Part shown: piece after piece, positions 23,430 through 33,721 of the stretch
Numbering within the stretch: position 1 is the stretch's first letter
Layout: each line of letters starts with the position of its first letter
Source of the DNA: Pseudomonadota bacterium
GTDB taxonomy: Bacteria; UBA10199; 2-02-FULL-44-16; DYJF01
Assembly (NCBI GenBank): GCA_043823065.1
Contig: JBDRBB010000001.1
Span: 1-64,000, forward strand
DNA: 64,000 nucleotides
Direction of reading: 5' to 3'
Made by a program: the position numbers and the translations under genes
Notes under the pieces: generated by a model
Databases searched by the model: none
Told to the model about the DNA's origin: nothing
The model's input: only the letters and a program-made list of their open reading frames with translations

Positions 23430-25604
23430 ATGATTCGTTTACATGACATTTTAGATAAGGTTTCTGCTTATAACCCTGATGCTGATCTGGATTTGATCAA
23501 AAAGGCTTATGTGTTTTCAGCCAAGGCTCATCAGGGGCAAACCAGGCGTTCCGGCGAGCCTTATCTGGTTCATCCCATGGAAGTTGCTGGAATTTTAGCA
23601 GACATGAGATTAGATGTGCCTTCCATAGCTACGGCTCTGTTGCATGATACAGTAGAAGATACAGTAACAACTTTGGAAGAAATTGAACGATTTTTTGGTT
23701 CAGAAGTAAAGCTGTTGGTTGACGGCGTCACCAAACTTTCTCGCATTAAATTTTCTTCTTCAGAACATAAACAAGCTGAAAATTTCCGCAAAATGCTTAT
23801 GGCTATGGCCCAAGACATCAGAGTGATCTTGGTGAAATTAGCTGATCGATTGCACAATATGCGCACTCTAAATGCTTTAGCTGAGCATCGTCAGATTGCC
23901 ATTGCTCAAGAGACCTTAGATATTTATGCGCCAATTGCCAATCGGTTGGGTATGCAGGAATTTAAAATCGAATTTGAAGACTTGTCATTAAAGTATCTTA
24001 AGCCAGATGTTTGGAAAAGCATTGATGAAGAGATTAAAAAACAAAAAAGTCAACGCGATAAATATATTGCTGAGGTAAAAGATATTATCACCAAAAAATT
24101 GTCTGAGATGAATATTCATCCGCCAATCTATGGTCGTATTAAGCATTATTACAGTGTTTGGAAAAAGATGGAACGCCAAAAAATTCCTTTAAGCGAAGTT
24201 TATGATATTATTGCTTTTCGCATTTTAGTGGATAATGTGCAGCAATGTTATGAGGCCTTGGGTGCTTTGCATGCTTTGTGGAGACCAGTTCCAGGTCGTT
24301 TTCGAGATTTTATCGCCATGCCCAAAGCCAATAATTATCAGTCTTTGCACACTACAGTAATTGGGCCTCATGGCCATCGGGTTGAGTTTCAAATTCGCAC
24401 GCACGAAATGCATGAAACTGCTGAGCATGGAATTGCTGCGCACTGGAAATATAAAGAAGGTCGTTTAGTAGAAGATAAAGAAGAAATGAAGTTTAAGTGG
24501 CTGCGTAGGTTGCTGGAATGGCAAAGTGAAATTTCAGATTCCACAGAATTTTTAGAAACAGTTAAATTAGATTTGTTTGCTGAAGATGTTTATGTGTTTA
24601 CTCCAGCAGGAGATTTGAAAGAATTGCCACGCGGATCTTGTCCGTTAGATTTCGCCTATAATATTCATAGTGATTTAGGTCATTCCACAGTTGGCGCAAA
24701 AGTTAATGGTAAGATTGTGCCTTTGAAATATGTGTTGCATAGTGGAGATACGGTTGAAATCTTAAGTCGTAAAGGAACTAGGCCGCATAAAGATTGGTTG
24801 CAATATGTTAAAACCTCTAAAGCTAAAGCAAAGATTCGTCAATTTTTGCGCCAAGAAGAAAATGTGAGCAGCAGGACTATTGGCCATGAAATATTAGAAA
24901 AATCTTGTCATAAATATAAATTGAGCATCAGCAAAGTGCTAAAAAGTAAAGAATTGGAAAATTATGCTAAAGATGCTTCTTTTGGTACAATCGATGCAGT
25001 TTTGGCAGCAATAGGGTATGGTAAAATTTCAGCTATCCAGGTTATAAGTTTGTTTGTTTCCAAAGAACAAATTCAACAACTTGAAGAGGTAGATACAAAA
25101 CATGAAGAAGAGAAAAAAGAATCTGTTTTAGGAAAGCTGGTAAAGAAATTAACCAAACCCAAGGGGCTGGTTAAAGTTAGTGGTTTTTCAGACATGTTGG
25201 TGAGTTTTGGAAAATGTTGTAACCCTGTGCCTGGAGATCCTATTGTGGGTTATGTAGTAAGAGGAAAGGGTGTTTCCATTCATGTTTCCACTTGTCCTAG
25301 GGTGGTAGGTATGGATCCAGAACGACGCGTGGATGTGGAATGGGATATGAATTCCAAGGCTACGCATGTGGTGAGGGTGCGCGTTATTTGTATAGATCAA
25401 CCAGGCATGTTGTCTAAAATTACTGAGGCTATTACCAATTTGAACGTAAATATTAGTGGCGCTTCTGTGCATACTTTAGAAGATAAGACAGCAATAAATA
25501 ACTTTGATTTGGGTATTACAGATTTAACTCAGCTGAGAAATGTTATCAAAGCTTTAGAGGCCACCAAAGGGGTGATTTCCGTAGAGCGGGTTAGAAAGTG
25601 GTAA
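23430..25604 (+). CDS. spoT: Bifunctional (p)ppGpp synthetase/hydrolase (long RSH)
   Basis: Intact HD motif LLHDTVED, YQSLHTTV, TGS and ACT domains. Confidence 0.96.
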   Translation: MIRLHDILDKVSAYNPDADLDLIKKAYVFSAKAHQGQTRRSGEPYLVHPMEVAGILADMRLDVPSIATALLHDTVEDTVTTLEEIERFFGSEVKLLVDGVTKLSRIKFSSSEHKQAENFRKMLMAMAQDIRVILVKLADRLHNMRTLNALAEHRQIAIAQETLDIYAPIANRLGMQEFKIEFEDLSLKYLKPDVWKSIDEEIKKQKSQRDKYIAEVKDIITKKLSEMNIHPPIYGRIKHYYSVWKKMERQKIPLSEVYDIIAFRILVDNVQQCYEALGALHALWRPVPGRFRDFIAMPKANNYQSLHTTVIGPHGHRVEFQIRTHEMHETAEHGIAAHWKYKEGRLVEDKEEMKFKWLRRLLEWQSEISDSTEFLETVKLDLFAEDVYVFTPAGDLKELPRGSCPLDFAYNIHSDLGHSTVGAKVNGKIVPLKYVLHSGDTVEILSRKGTRPHKDWLQYVKTSKAKAKIRQFLRQEENVSSRTIGHEILEKSCHKYKLSISKVLKSKELENYAKDASFGTIDAVLAAIGYGKISAIQVISLFVSKEQIQQLEEVDTKHEEEKKESVLGKLVKKLTKPKGLVKVSGFSDMLVSFGKCCNPVPGDPIVGYVVRGKGVSIHVSTCPRVVGMDPERRVDVEWDMNSKATHVVRVRVICIDQPGMLSKITEAITNLNVNISGASVHTLEDKTAINNFDLGITDLTQLRNVIKALEATKGVISVERVRKW

Positions 25605-25793
25605 TTATACCTTTTGCACAGCGCCAGAGCGTAAGCAACGTGTACAGACTTGAGCGCGCTTAACTCTTCCCTGATAGCTGATTTTAACCCTTTGTAGATT
25701 GGGTCTGGAAATTTTTTGAGTTTTATTATTGGCATGGGAAACATTATTACCAAATAATGGGCCTTTGCCACAAATTGTGCATTCTCTAGGCAT
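25605..25793 (-). CDS. rpmB: 50S ribosomal protein L28 (four-Cys, zinc-type)
   Basis: [25 protein letters not shown]...PNLQ...[17 protein letters not shown] before ATG 25793. Confidence 0.96.
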   Translation of the reverse strand: MPRECTICGKGPLFGNNVSHANNKTQKISRPNLQRVKISYQGRVKRAQVCTRCLRSGAVQKV

Positions 25794-25844
25794 GATCTTC
25801 CTCCTTCGCAATTGGGCGGGAGAGCTATCATAGATAGGTATGAT

Positions 25845-26210
25845 ATGCAAGTAGATTCCTTAAATTTGACCAAGGGTAAAATGGGCGAAAATGCAGCTTG
25901 TGCCTATTTGAAGCAGCATGGATATAAGATTATTGAGCGTAATTTTCGGGTTCGTATAGGTGAAATTGATATTATTGCCCAAAAAGACGACATATTGCAT
26001 TTTTTTGAGGTTAAAACTCGTTTTGGAAGCAAGTTTGGCGGGCCTTTTGCAGCCCTAAATTTTCGCAAAAAAGCAAAAATTCGTAAAACTGCTCAATGGT
26101 ATTTGGCCCAAAATAAGAACTTAAATACCCCTTGTTTGTTTGGGGCAATTGGGGTGGATATATCTCAAACACCACCGTCTGTGGAGTGCCTAGTAGATGC
26201 CTTTGACTGA
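25845..26210 (+). CDS. yraN: YraN family nuclease-like protein
   Basis: [13 protein letters not shown]-x3-GEIDIIA, FFEVKTR; start uncertain. Confidence 0.9.
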   Translation: MQVDSLNLTKGKMGENAACAYLKQHGYKIIERNFRVRIGEIDIIAQKDDILHFFEVKTRFGSKFGGPFAALNFRKKAKIRKTAQWYLAQNKNLNTPCLFGAIGVDISQTPPSVECLVDAFD

Positions 26211-27936
26211 AAATAACATTGTGGCTTGTTTTTTTAATCAAGCAGAAAAGCTTGCTGATACTTGCTGTTTTCACAGTAAAGAAGGCCAGGCATGGCAAAG
26301 ATATACCTGGCAAGAGATTGCAGCTAGTGTGCAACAGCTTGGTTTAGAGCTGCGTGAAAAAGGTTTGGGCAAGGGTGATCGGGTTGCTATTATTGGGCAA
26401 AGCTCAATGGCTTGGACTATAGCAGATTTAGCAGTTTTGTCTTGCGGCGCGATTACTGTGCCAATTTATCCTACCTATCCTGTAGAGCGCATTAAATATA
26501 TCTTGGAAAACGCAGATGTGAGTTTGGTTTTTGTCCAAGAAGAGGAAGAAAAAAAAAGAGTCAGCCAAGCTGTGTCTGAATTAAGCCATCCTCCTTTAAT
26601 AATTGTGATGAAAGAAGAGCTTAAGTTCAGGGGAAATAAGCCAACAACAAGTCTTGATTTAAGCAGAATACATCCCCAAAACATTGCCAGTATTATTTAT
26701 ACCAGTGGCACAACCGGTCACCCTAAAGGCGTAGTGCTAACTCATGAAAATATATTGGCAGAAGTAAAAGCAGCTGGAGAGTTTTTTAAATTTAGCAAAC
26801 ATGAAATTGGTTTGATGTGTTTGCCTCTGTCTCATGTCTTGGGGCGGTTAATGCAATTTCATCAACTAGCTGGTGGTTATCAACTTGCCTATATCGAGGC
26901 GTTTAATAAATTTGTGGAAAACTGTCAGGATATAAGACCGCAGCTAATTGTTGGCGTGCCGCGCATGTTGGAAAAAATGCAAGAGGGTATAACAGCAAGT
27001 ATAGAAAAATGTTCTGGATGGAAGAAGCATCTTTTTGCTTGGGCCATCAAAATTGGCTCTAAGCGTAGCCAATATTTAGAAAACAAAAAGCCAGCGCCCT
27101 TACTAATTGTCTGGCAATATGCGTTAGCCAAATTTTTGGTTATAAATAAGATCAGATCCAGGCTGGGTGGTAGATTAAAATTATTTATTTGCGGTGGAGC
27201 TCCTTTGCGGCCAGATTTGGGACGCTATTTTCATGCCTTAGGTCTTTTGGTTTTGGAAGGATATGGTTTAACCGAGACTTTTGCTGCAGCCACGGTTAAC
27301 AGACCAGATGATTTTTGTTTTGGCACAGTGGGTGCGGCACTACCAGGGGTGGAAATCAAATTATCTGATTCTGGTGAGGTTTTGATTCGGGGTAAAACTG
27401 TTTTCAGGGAATATCTTAATTCTCCTAAAGAAACCTCTGAAGTGAAACTGGCTGATGGCTGGTTTAATACAGGAGATATTGGTCAAATAGATAACCATGG
27501 TTTTTTAAGGCTGACTGATCGAAAAAAAGAAATCATTGTCACTTCTGGCGGACAGAATATAGCTCCGCAGATGATAGAAAATACAATCATGGAAAGCAGA
27601 TATATTAATTATTGTCTGGTTTATGGAGATAAGAAAAAATATTTAACTGCTTTGATTACCTTAAATATGGAAACAGTGACGGAATATGCCAAGAATCTGG
27701 GTTTGCAAGTTTCCTTGGAAGAATTAGCTGATCACCCAAGGATTATTGAATTGATTGCAAGAGTGGTTGAACAAAAAAACAGACATTTTGCCAGGCATGA
27801 AACAATTAAAAGATTCAAGATTCTAAAAAATGACTTTTCCCAAGAACAAGGGGAATTAACTCCCACTTTGAAACTGCGGCGGAAGTACATCACCCAGAAA
27901 TATCAAGATGTTTTGGATAAGTTGTATAGTTTGTGA
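26197..27936 (+). CDS. Long-chain fatty acid--CoA ligase
   Basis: IIYTSGTTGHPKGV, EGYGLTET, TGDIG, ELTPTLKLRR. Confidence 0.93.
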   Translation: MPLTENNIVACFFNQAEKLADTCCFHSKEGQAWQRYTWQEIAASVQQLGLELREKGLGKGDRVAIIGQSSMAWTIADLAVLSCGAITVPIYPTYPVERIKYILENADVSLVFVQEEEEKKRVSQAVSELSHPPLIIVMKEELKFRGNKPTTSLDLSRIHPQNIASIIYTSGTTGHPKGVVLTHENILAEVKAAGEFFKFSKHEIGLMCLPLSHVLGRLMQFHQLAGGYQLAYIEAFNKFVENCQDIRPQLIVGVPRMLEKMQEGITASIEKCSGWKKHLFAWAIKIGSKRSQYLENKKPAPLLIVWQYALAKFLVINKIRSRLGGRLKLFICGGAPLRPDLGRYFHALGLLVLEGYGLTETFAAATVNRPDDFCFGTVGAALPGVEIKLSDSGEVLIRGKTVFREYLNSPKETSEVKLADGWFNTGDIGQIDNHGFLRLTDRKKEIIVTSGGQNIAPQMIENTIMESRYINYCLVYGDKKKYLTALITLNMETVTEYAKNLGLQVSLEELADHPRIIELIARVVEQKNRHFARHETIKRFKILKNDFSQEQGELTPTLKLRRKYITQKYQDVLDKLYSL

Positions 27937-27959
27937 AGCTAAAAAAATCTAAAACAATA

Positions 27960-27987
27960 GCAACTTTTCTTCAAAAAATGACGATAA
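27960..27987 (+). promoter_or_regulatory. Sigma28/FliA-like promoter
   Basis: GCAA-N16-GACGATAA, 7 nt before ATG 27995; shares TAGCAAC with 8541. Confidence 0.5.
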
Positions 27988-27994
27988 ATAAGAC

Positions 27995-28840
27995 ATGGGT
28001 ATTAATCCGCCAAAAGGTTTTAGTTTTCCATTGGTGCTGAATCCAGCTCCTGATTTATGGGCTATTGAAGTGCCCGACAACAATCATGATATTCATCCTG
28101 CAGCTTTTGGCAAAAATGTACGTTTAGCTGTAAGTGGTATGCGCCAAGCTGCTAGACACCGCGATGATTTAGATGATCTAAATAGTGGAGAACTAGCCAG
28201 ACATGGTCTAGGGACGGTCCATCAGCGTCAAGCAGCGCAATTTGTGCCCATGATGCGCGAAGTAGTTAGAGCAGCTAGGGATTCAAATATTGCCAGAAAT
28301 CATGCTGATGATGCGTTGCAAGAGATTCGCTCTATAAGAAATCGCTCTAATCCAGAAGAAGTGAGAGCTGCTATAGGACAGGCCAGAAACTCTTTAGGTC
28401 TTGCGGAAAATTATTATAATAGATGCGTTAGGGGTAATGGAGATCAGGATGGCCATTTTAGAGTATTAGCTAATCGGATTGCCAGAGCTGATATAGAAGC
28501 AGATCCTAATCATCCTTATAATATCAATCGAGCTCATGTGGAAAACATAAATGCACAAAGCAGCCGGCAACTAGCCCAGATTGAAGGCAGAATTAGAGGA
28601 ACTCGTTTTGCTATTGCTGAGCTGGAAGCTGAACTGGCTAATCAAAATTCCAGAGGTCAAATGAATAGATCTGCTGGTCTAGGGACAAGAGTGGTACCCG
28701 TAGTTTCTTCTGGATGGAGATTTTCTGGGATTAGGTCTGGTTTTTTTAGTTTCCCTGCCTATGCAGCAGCAGCTCCAAGAGCAGCAGGTGCATCTTTTTT
28801 TGAGGTCTTTTTCCAGGGGCACGAGCTGCTTACGATTTAG
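27995..28840 (+). CDS. Orphan helical R/N/A-rich protein, possibly continuing to 29100 through a frameshift
   Basis: 281-codon ORF, no signal peptide, composition unlike its neighbours. Confidence 0.7.
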   Translation: MGINPPKGFSFPLVLNPAPDLWAIEVPDNNHDIHPAAFGKNVRLAVSGMRQAARHRDDLDDLNSGELARHGLGTVHQRQAAQFVPMMREVVRAARDSNIARNHADDALQEIRSIRNRSNPEEVRAAIGQARNSLGLAENYYNRCVRGNGDQDGHFRVLANRIARADIEADPNHPYNINRAHVENINAQSSRQLAQIEGRIRGTRFAIAELEAELANQNSRGQMNRSAGLGTRVVPVVSSGWRFSGIRSGFFSFPAYAAAAPRAAGASFFEVFFQGHELLTI

Positions 28841-28854
28841 CAAGATTTTCTTGG

Positions 28855-29100
28855 ATGTATTATTTACCAAGCTCATCCTCTCCTGTAGTTTCAACAGCTG
28901 TTACTGCTGAAGCTGCTACAAGTGCTGGTGGACTTAGTCTAGCTGGCGGAATTGCTTTTGCAGGTTTTGCTGCAGCCTTGGGAGCTGTTCTATTACCTTT
29001 TGCAATATTATATGGCATGCGTGAAACTAGGCCAGATCGTCCGCATCACCAAGCAAGTTGTAATCGCTTTTCAAATGTATGTTCCTATCGCCCTAATTAA
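28855..29100 (+). CDS. Small hydrophobic ORF, or C-terminus of the upstream gene
   Basis: Gly/Ala-rich TM helix; no SD; frame open from 28804. Confidence 0.5.
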   Translation: MYYLPSSSSPVVSTAVTAEAATSAGGLSLAGGIAFAGFAAALGAVLLPFAILYGMRETRPDRPHHQASCNRFSNVCSYRPN

Positions 29101-29163
29101 ATCTTGCATCCTTACAATATTTAAGGCATAACTTCGCAATAAATTTTAGAAAAAGGGGGACTT

Positions 29164-29541
29164 ATGGATACACCGCCTACCAACAAAGGAACTGGTCTAG
29201 CACCAAACATCGCAAGCCTACTTTGTTATATCTGTATGCCTATTACCAGTATTATTTTTCTCTTAATTGAAAAAGACAATACAGATGTTCGTTTTCATGC
29301 TTGGCAAGGCACTGCTTTTGGCGTGACCTATATTGCAGCTGTAATTGGCTTGCAAATTTTGGCTGCTATATTTGGCGCGATTGCCAGTGTATTAGGCATC
29401 ATCGTCGGTTTTCTAATTCCAATTGTTGGTCTGATCGCTTTTATTATCTGGATTGTTTGTTTGATTAAAGCCTATCAAGGCGAACGCTGGAGAATTCCAG
29501 TGGTTGGTGATTTTGCCGCTAAGAAGGCTGGCTTGGAATAA
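29164..29541 (+). CDS. DUF4870-like membrane protein
   Basis: GLAPNIASLLCY, VRFHAWQ, KAYQGERWRIPVVG. Confidence 0.85.
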   Translation: MDTPPTNKGTGLAPNIASLLCYICMPITSIIFLLIEKDNTDVRFHAWQGTAFGVTYIAAVIGLQILAAIFGAIASVLGIIVGFLIPIVGLIAFIIWIVCLIKAYQGERWRIPVVGDFAAKKAGLE

Positions 29542-29946
29542 ATGTTAGCAAAACTAAAGCACATTGATCAGGGTTGGTATATCTTATTGGGTGTACCAAC
29601 CCTTTTTATTTGTGGTTACTTGCTTTTTTTATCTCCACAAATCTTGCACTTGCCTTTTTGCGCAGTACGTTCTTTTTTGGATTTTGATTGTCCAGGATGC
29701 GGGCTAACCAGATCAATTGTTTTTCTTTCCCATGGTCAGATTAGAGCAAGTATTGATTTTCATCCTTTGGGTGTTGTCATTGCTGTCTGGTTAGTATATT
29801 TATTTGTCAGGCAATTGTTTGCTGTAGTCTTAAAAAAGTCTTTCCCGAATTTATTTTCGCCAAAAGGGAGAGATATTATATTATTTGGTTTTTTAATAGC
29901 TATGTTTGTCCAGTGGTTAGTTAAGATATATATTAATTATCATTGA
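29542..29946 (+). CDS. DUF2752 family membrane protein
   Basis: CPGCGLTRS and HPLG motifs. Confidence 0.88.
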   Translation: MLAKLKHIDQGWYILLGVPTLFICGYLLFLSPQILHLPFCAVRSFLDFDCPGCGLTRSIVFLSHGQIRASIDFHPLGVVIAVWLVYLFVRQLFAVVLKKSFPNLFSPKGRDIILFGFLIAMFVQWLVKIYINYH

Positions 29947-29959
29947 TAAGGAGCTTAAA

Positions 29960-30283
29960 ATGAGCACAGCCAAAGAGGTTATGGATAAAATTGCTAGCAA
30001 GTTAAAGGCAAACCCAGAAAAGACAAAAGGTGTGGAGAAAAAAATTGCTATTAATTTAACTGGTGAGGAAGCTGGACGTTGGCTGGTGGATTGCACCCAA
30101 AACCCAGCCCAAGTTAAGCTAGATGCTAATACCCGGGCAGATATGACAGTCACTATGGCTGCAGATGATATGCAAAAAATGATTCAAGGCGACTTAGACC
30201 CGCAAACTGCTTTTTTAACAGGTAAAGTTAAGATAGACGGAGATTTAGGTTTGGCCTTAAAATTAGGAAAAATCTTGGGATGA
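29960..30283 (+). CDS. SCP2 sterol/lipid-binding domain protein
   Basis: LDPQTAFLTGKVKIDGDLGLALKL. Confidence 0.9.
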   Translation: MSTAKEVMDKIASKLKANPEKTKGVEKKIAINLTGEEAGRWLVDCTQNPAQVKLDANTRADMTVTMAADDMQKMIQGDLDPQTAFLTGKVKIDGDLGLALKLGKILG

Positions 30284-31912
30284 AAATAACTATAGCTCAA
30301 ATTAACACCACGGTTGGTGATTTTAAGGGAAATCAAAAAAAAAATTTTATCAGCTTTGAAGAAGGCTGAAGATCATGGCAGCGATCTGGTTGTGTTTCCT
30401 GAGCTTACAGTTTGTGGTTATGCCCCGCGCGATCTAGTAGAAAAAAGACGTTTTATTGAAGAGAACTTAGAAAGTGTAGCTAATATTGCTGCCAAAACTA
30501 AACAAACTGCTGTGGCTTTAGGTTATGTTGCACCCAATGAATCAGAAATAGGTTATGGCTTATTCAACATGGCAGGCTTGCTTTACGATGGTAAGGTTCA
30601 ATTTACCCAAGCAAAATCATTGCTCCCTCAATATGATGTGTTTGATGAAAGAAGGCATTTTGAACCTGCTTTAACTCATCAGGTTCATAATTTCAAGGGG
30701 ATGAATATTGCTTTATCTCTTTGTGAAGATTTGTGGAGCACTCATGAGTTTGAGGGCAGACGTTTATATCATGTAGATCCTATGCAATTGTTTGCCAAAG
30801 CAGGTGCGCAGATCATCCTTAATTTATCTGCCTCGCCTTATACTTTAGGGAAAAGAAATCTTAGGGAAAAGTTGGCCAGAGAAACTGCCAAACAGTTTTC
30901 CGTACCGTTTGTTTATTGCAATTTAGTTGGTGGAAACGATGAACTAGTGTTTGATGGCCATAGTTTTGTGAGTAATGCTCAAGGTCAGATTATTGCCAGT
31001 GCTAAAGATTTTGCAGAGGATTTAGTGCAGATAGATCTTCATCAGCATGCTCAAGAGGTAACTAAAAATGATGAGCCAGTTGAAGAAGATGTTTTGCAGG
31101 CCTTAATTTTGGGATTGCGGGACTATATGCGCAAATGCTCATTTGAGCGAGCTGTGTTAGGCCTTTCTGGGGGAATAGATTCAGCAGTAGTTGCTGCTAT
31201 TGCTAGTTTAGCTATTGGTCCTAAAAATGTAACTGCTTTTACCATGCCTTCGCAATTTACTTCACAGCAAAGTATTAAAGATGCCAAAAAGATAGCAAAA
31301 AATCTTAAAATAGAGCTTAAGCAAATATCTATTGCAGCAATTTATAAGGTCTATGAAAAAGAATTGAAATTGGCCAAAACAGAACAGATGACAGTTGCCG
31401 AGGAAAACATTCAGGCGCGTATTCGTGGAAATATTTTAATGGTTTATTCCAACCGTGAAGGCGCGTTAGTCTTATCTACTGGCAATAAATCAGAGCTGGC
31501 AGTTGGTTATTGCACGCTTTACGGAGATATGGCTGGTGGTTTAGCAATAATTTCTGATATTCCCAAAACTCTGGTTTATAAATTGGCTGCTCATATTAAT
31601 CAAAAATATGGTAAGTTAATTCCAGAATCGGTTTTAAATAAAGCTCCATCAGCTGAATTAAAACCTGATCAAACAGATCAAGATAGTTTGCCGCCGTATG
31701 AGATTTTAGATCAAATTCTAAAAGAATATATTGAAAATCATAATAGCTTGAAAAATATTATGGCTAAAGGTTTTGCCAAAGAAATGGTTGAGGATGTATT
31801 GCGCAAGGTAAATCTTAATGAATATAAAAGAAGGCAAGCCCCACCGGGTTTAAAGATTACTTCTAAAGCCTTTGGCACTGGTCGCAGATTTCCTATAGCG
31901 TGGAAAGCATGA
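30280..31912 (+). CDS. nadE: Glutamine-dependent NAD+ synthetase, frameshifted at an A10 run (30335-30344)
   Basis: True N-terminus MKITIAQINTTVGDFKGN begins at 30280 in another frame; FPEL, CED, GLSGGIDS, GNKSE-x3-GYCTLYGD, PSAEL. Confidence 0.93.
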
Positions 31913-32577
31913 TTCAAGGAACTCTCTATATTGTAGCTACCCCAATTGGTAACTTAGAAGACATTACTCTTCGCGCTCTGCGTATTTTAAAAGAGGTAGA
32001 TTTGATTGCCGCAGAAGATACCAGACAAACCCGCAAGCTTTTATCCCACTATGAAATTCATACTCCCTTAACCAGTTTTTTTAAGGGTAATGAAAAGAAC
32101 AAGTCAGAAAAAATTATTCAGGAACTGCAATCTGGAAAAAATATAGCTTTAGTATCAGATGCTGGTACGCCTTGCATTTCAGATCCAGGATATCCTTTGT
32201 TAGAAGCTGCTATTCAGGCAGAAATAAAGGTGGAGCCAATACCCGGACCGTCAGCATTAACTGCTGCTTTAAGTGGGGCAGGGCTACCTACCAATCAAGT
32301 AACATTTGTTGGTTTTTTGCCAGATAAACCAGGTAAACGCAGGAAGGAAATTGAAAAATTAAAAGATTTGCCCCATACTTTGGTGTTCTATGTTTCCAAA
32401 TGGAAGATTCAAGCGATTGTGGCAGAATGTTTGGAAATTCTTGGCAACCGTCAAGCTTGTCTTGGTCGTGAATTAACCAAACTTCATGAAGAGTTTATAC
32501 GCGGTGATCTTGCTGAACTACAAGCTATCTTAGGTAATAATGAGCCAAAAGGTGAGATGGTTTTGCTTATTTCCTAA
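31909..32577 (+). CDS. rsmI: 16S rRNA (cytidine1402-2'-O)-methyltransferase
   Basis: LYIVATPIGNLEDITLRAL, VSDAGTPCISDPG, RELTKLHEE. Confidence 0.96.
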   Translation: MIQGTLYIVATPIGNLEDITLRALRILKEVDLIAAEDTRQTRKLLSHYEIHTPLTSFFKGNEKNKSEKIIQELQSGKNIALVSDAGTPCISDPGYPLLEAAIQAEIKVEPIPGPSALTAALSGAGLPTNQVTFVGFLPDKPGKRRKEIEKLKDLPHTLVFYVSKWKIQAIVAECLEILGNRQACLGRELTKLHEEFIRGDLAELQAILGNNEPKGEMVLLIS

Positions 32578-33634
32578 GCAAAGTAATTGGCGGGCTAGCT
32601 TTTTCGCTGGCAGCCATAGAAGGTGGAATATTGCGAGGAGGAATTTCAATAGGTTCAGTAGCAATTTTTATTCCGCCTTTTTGCGGGATTTTATATTTGT
32701 GCCCAACCCTGATTAAATTGGTTTTTAGTCCGTTGACTTGTTTGATTGTCGCCACAGTAGTGCGATAACGGCTGGCCAAATGACCTAGGGTTTCTCCATT
32801 TCGGACGCGGTGATAAACATACGTTTGAGGTAATTTGATAATATTATTTTTTACTAAATAAGGATATGTTCTACGTCCCATTTCTTGGGCTTGAAGATTA
32901 TAAAAACGCACATGCATATGAGTGGCATGACCTTTGGCATGTCTGATGATGCCTTGACCACGGTTGGTAACTGGATATTGAAATACGGTTTTTAGCCATT
33001 TGGGATCTTCGCCAATACCCATGGCATATTGGTATAAAAGTTTTTGTATAGACCTGTCGATCAAGATTAATTCCACATCACTTTCTTCAAACAAGGCGCG
33101 AATTAGAGCCCAAGTGCGAGCTAAATCTAAATTGTTTTTTGTGGCACGCTTCCACCAATGACCATTAATATTTTTATAATACCAACCAAAATCCACATCA
33201 CGTCCTGCCTGATGACTTTTATGACTGCCAAAACTACCTCCATTTCTAACGCTAATATCGCCAATTTCAATGGGTGAAGCACCTGGATATTGTTCGTAAA
33301 CCTTATTAATGCTGGCAATAACAAAATCTATGGTTTCTTGGGTGCCCCAACTTTCATTTGGGTCAATAAGTTTCCAACGTTGCCCTTCAGGCATTTGCAC
33401 TGGATTGAAAAGCGCGCCAGCATAAGGATGACCTATGGATAGAGAACCCAATTTTTTTGGATTATTTTTTAAAAGATGATTGATTTCGGTATCTTTCAGG
33501 CTTAAGACGCTTTTTTGTTGAGGTTTTTTGGTAATTTTAATTGGTGTATCAGTGGTAAAAAAAGAACAAGAAGAATAAATAAAACCAATGCAGATCAGGA
33601 ACAAAGCTAACAAATATGAACTGATTTTTTGCAT
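32567..33634 (-). CDS. MepA-like penicillin-insensitive murein endopeptidase with LysM domain
   Basis: HKSHQAGRDVD and HATHMHVR metal motifs; LysM HRVRNGETLGHLA; N-terminal lipoprotein-like signal. Confidence 0.85.
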   Translation of the reverse strand: MQKISSYLLALFLICIGFIYSSCSFFTTDTPIKITKKPQQKSVLSLKDTEINHLLKNNPKKLGSLSIGHPYAGALFNPVQMPEGQRWKLIDPNESWGTQETIDFVIASINKVYEQYPGASPIEIGDISVRNGGSFGSHKSHQAGRDVDFGWYYKNINGHWWKRATKNNLDLARTWALIRALFEESDVELILIDRSIQKLLYQYAMGIGEDPKWLKTVFQYPVTNRGQGIIRHAKGHATHMHVRFYNLQAQEMGRRTYPYLVKNNIIKLPQTYVYHRVRNGETLGHLASRYRTTVATIKQVNGLKTNLIRVGHKYKIPQKGGIKIATEPIEIPPRNIPPSMAASEKASPPITLLRK

Positions 33635-33675
33635 AAGTTTTTATTTAATAATATATGACCTCTCTGGAAGCAAGT

Positions 33676-33706
33676 AAAAAAGCCCCTGTATGGAACAGGG
33701 GCTTTT
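33676..33706 (-). terminator. Intrinsic terminator after dnaK (bidirectional appearance)
   Basis: aaaagcccctgt-atgga-acaggggctttt. Confidence 0.88.
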
Positions 33707-33721
33707 AGATTAATACCTGGT

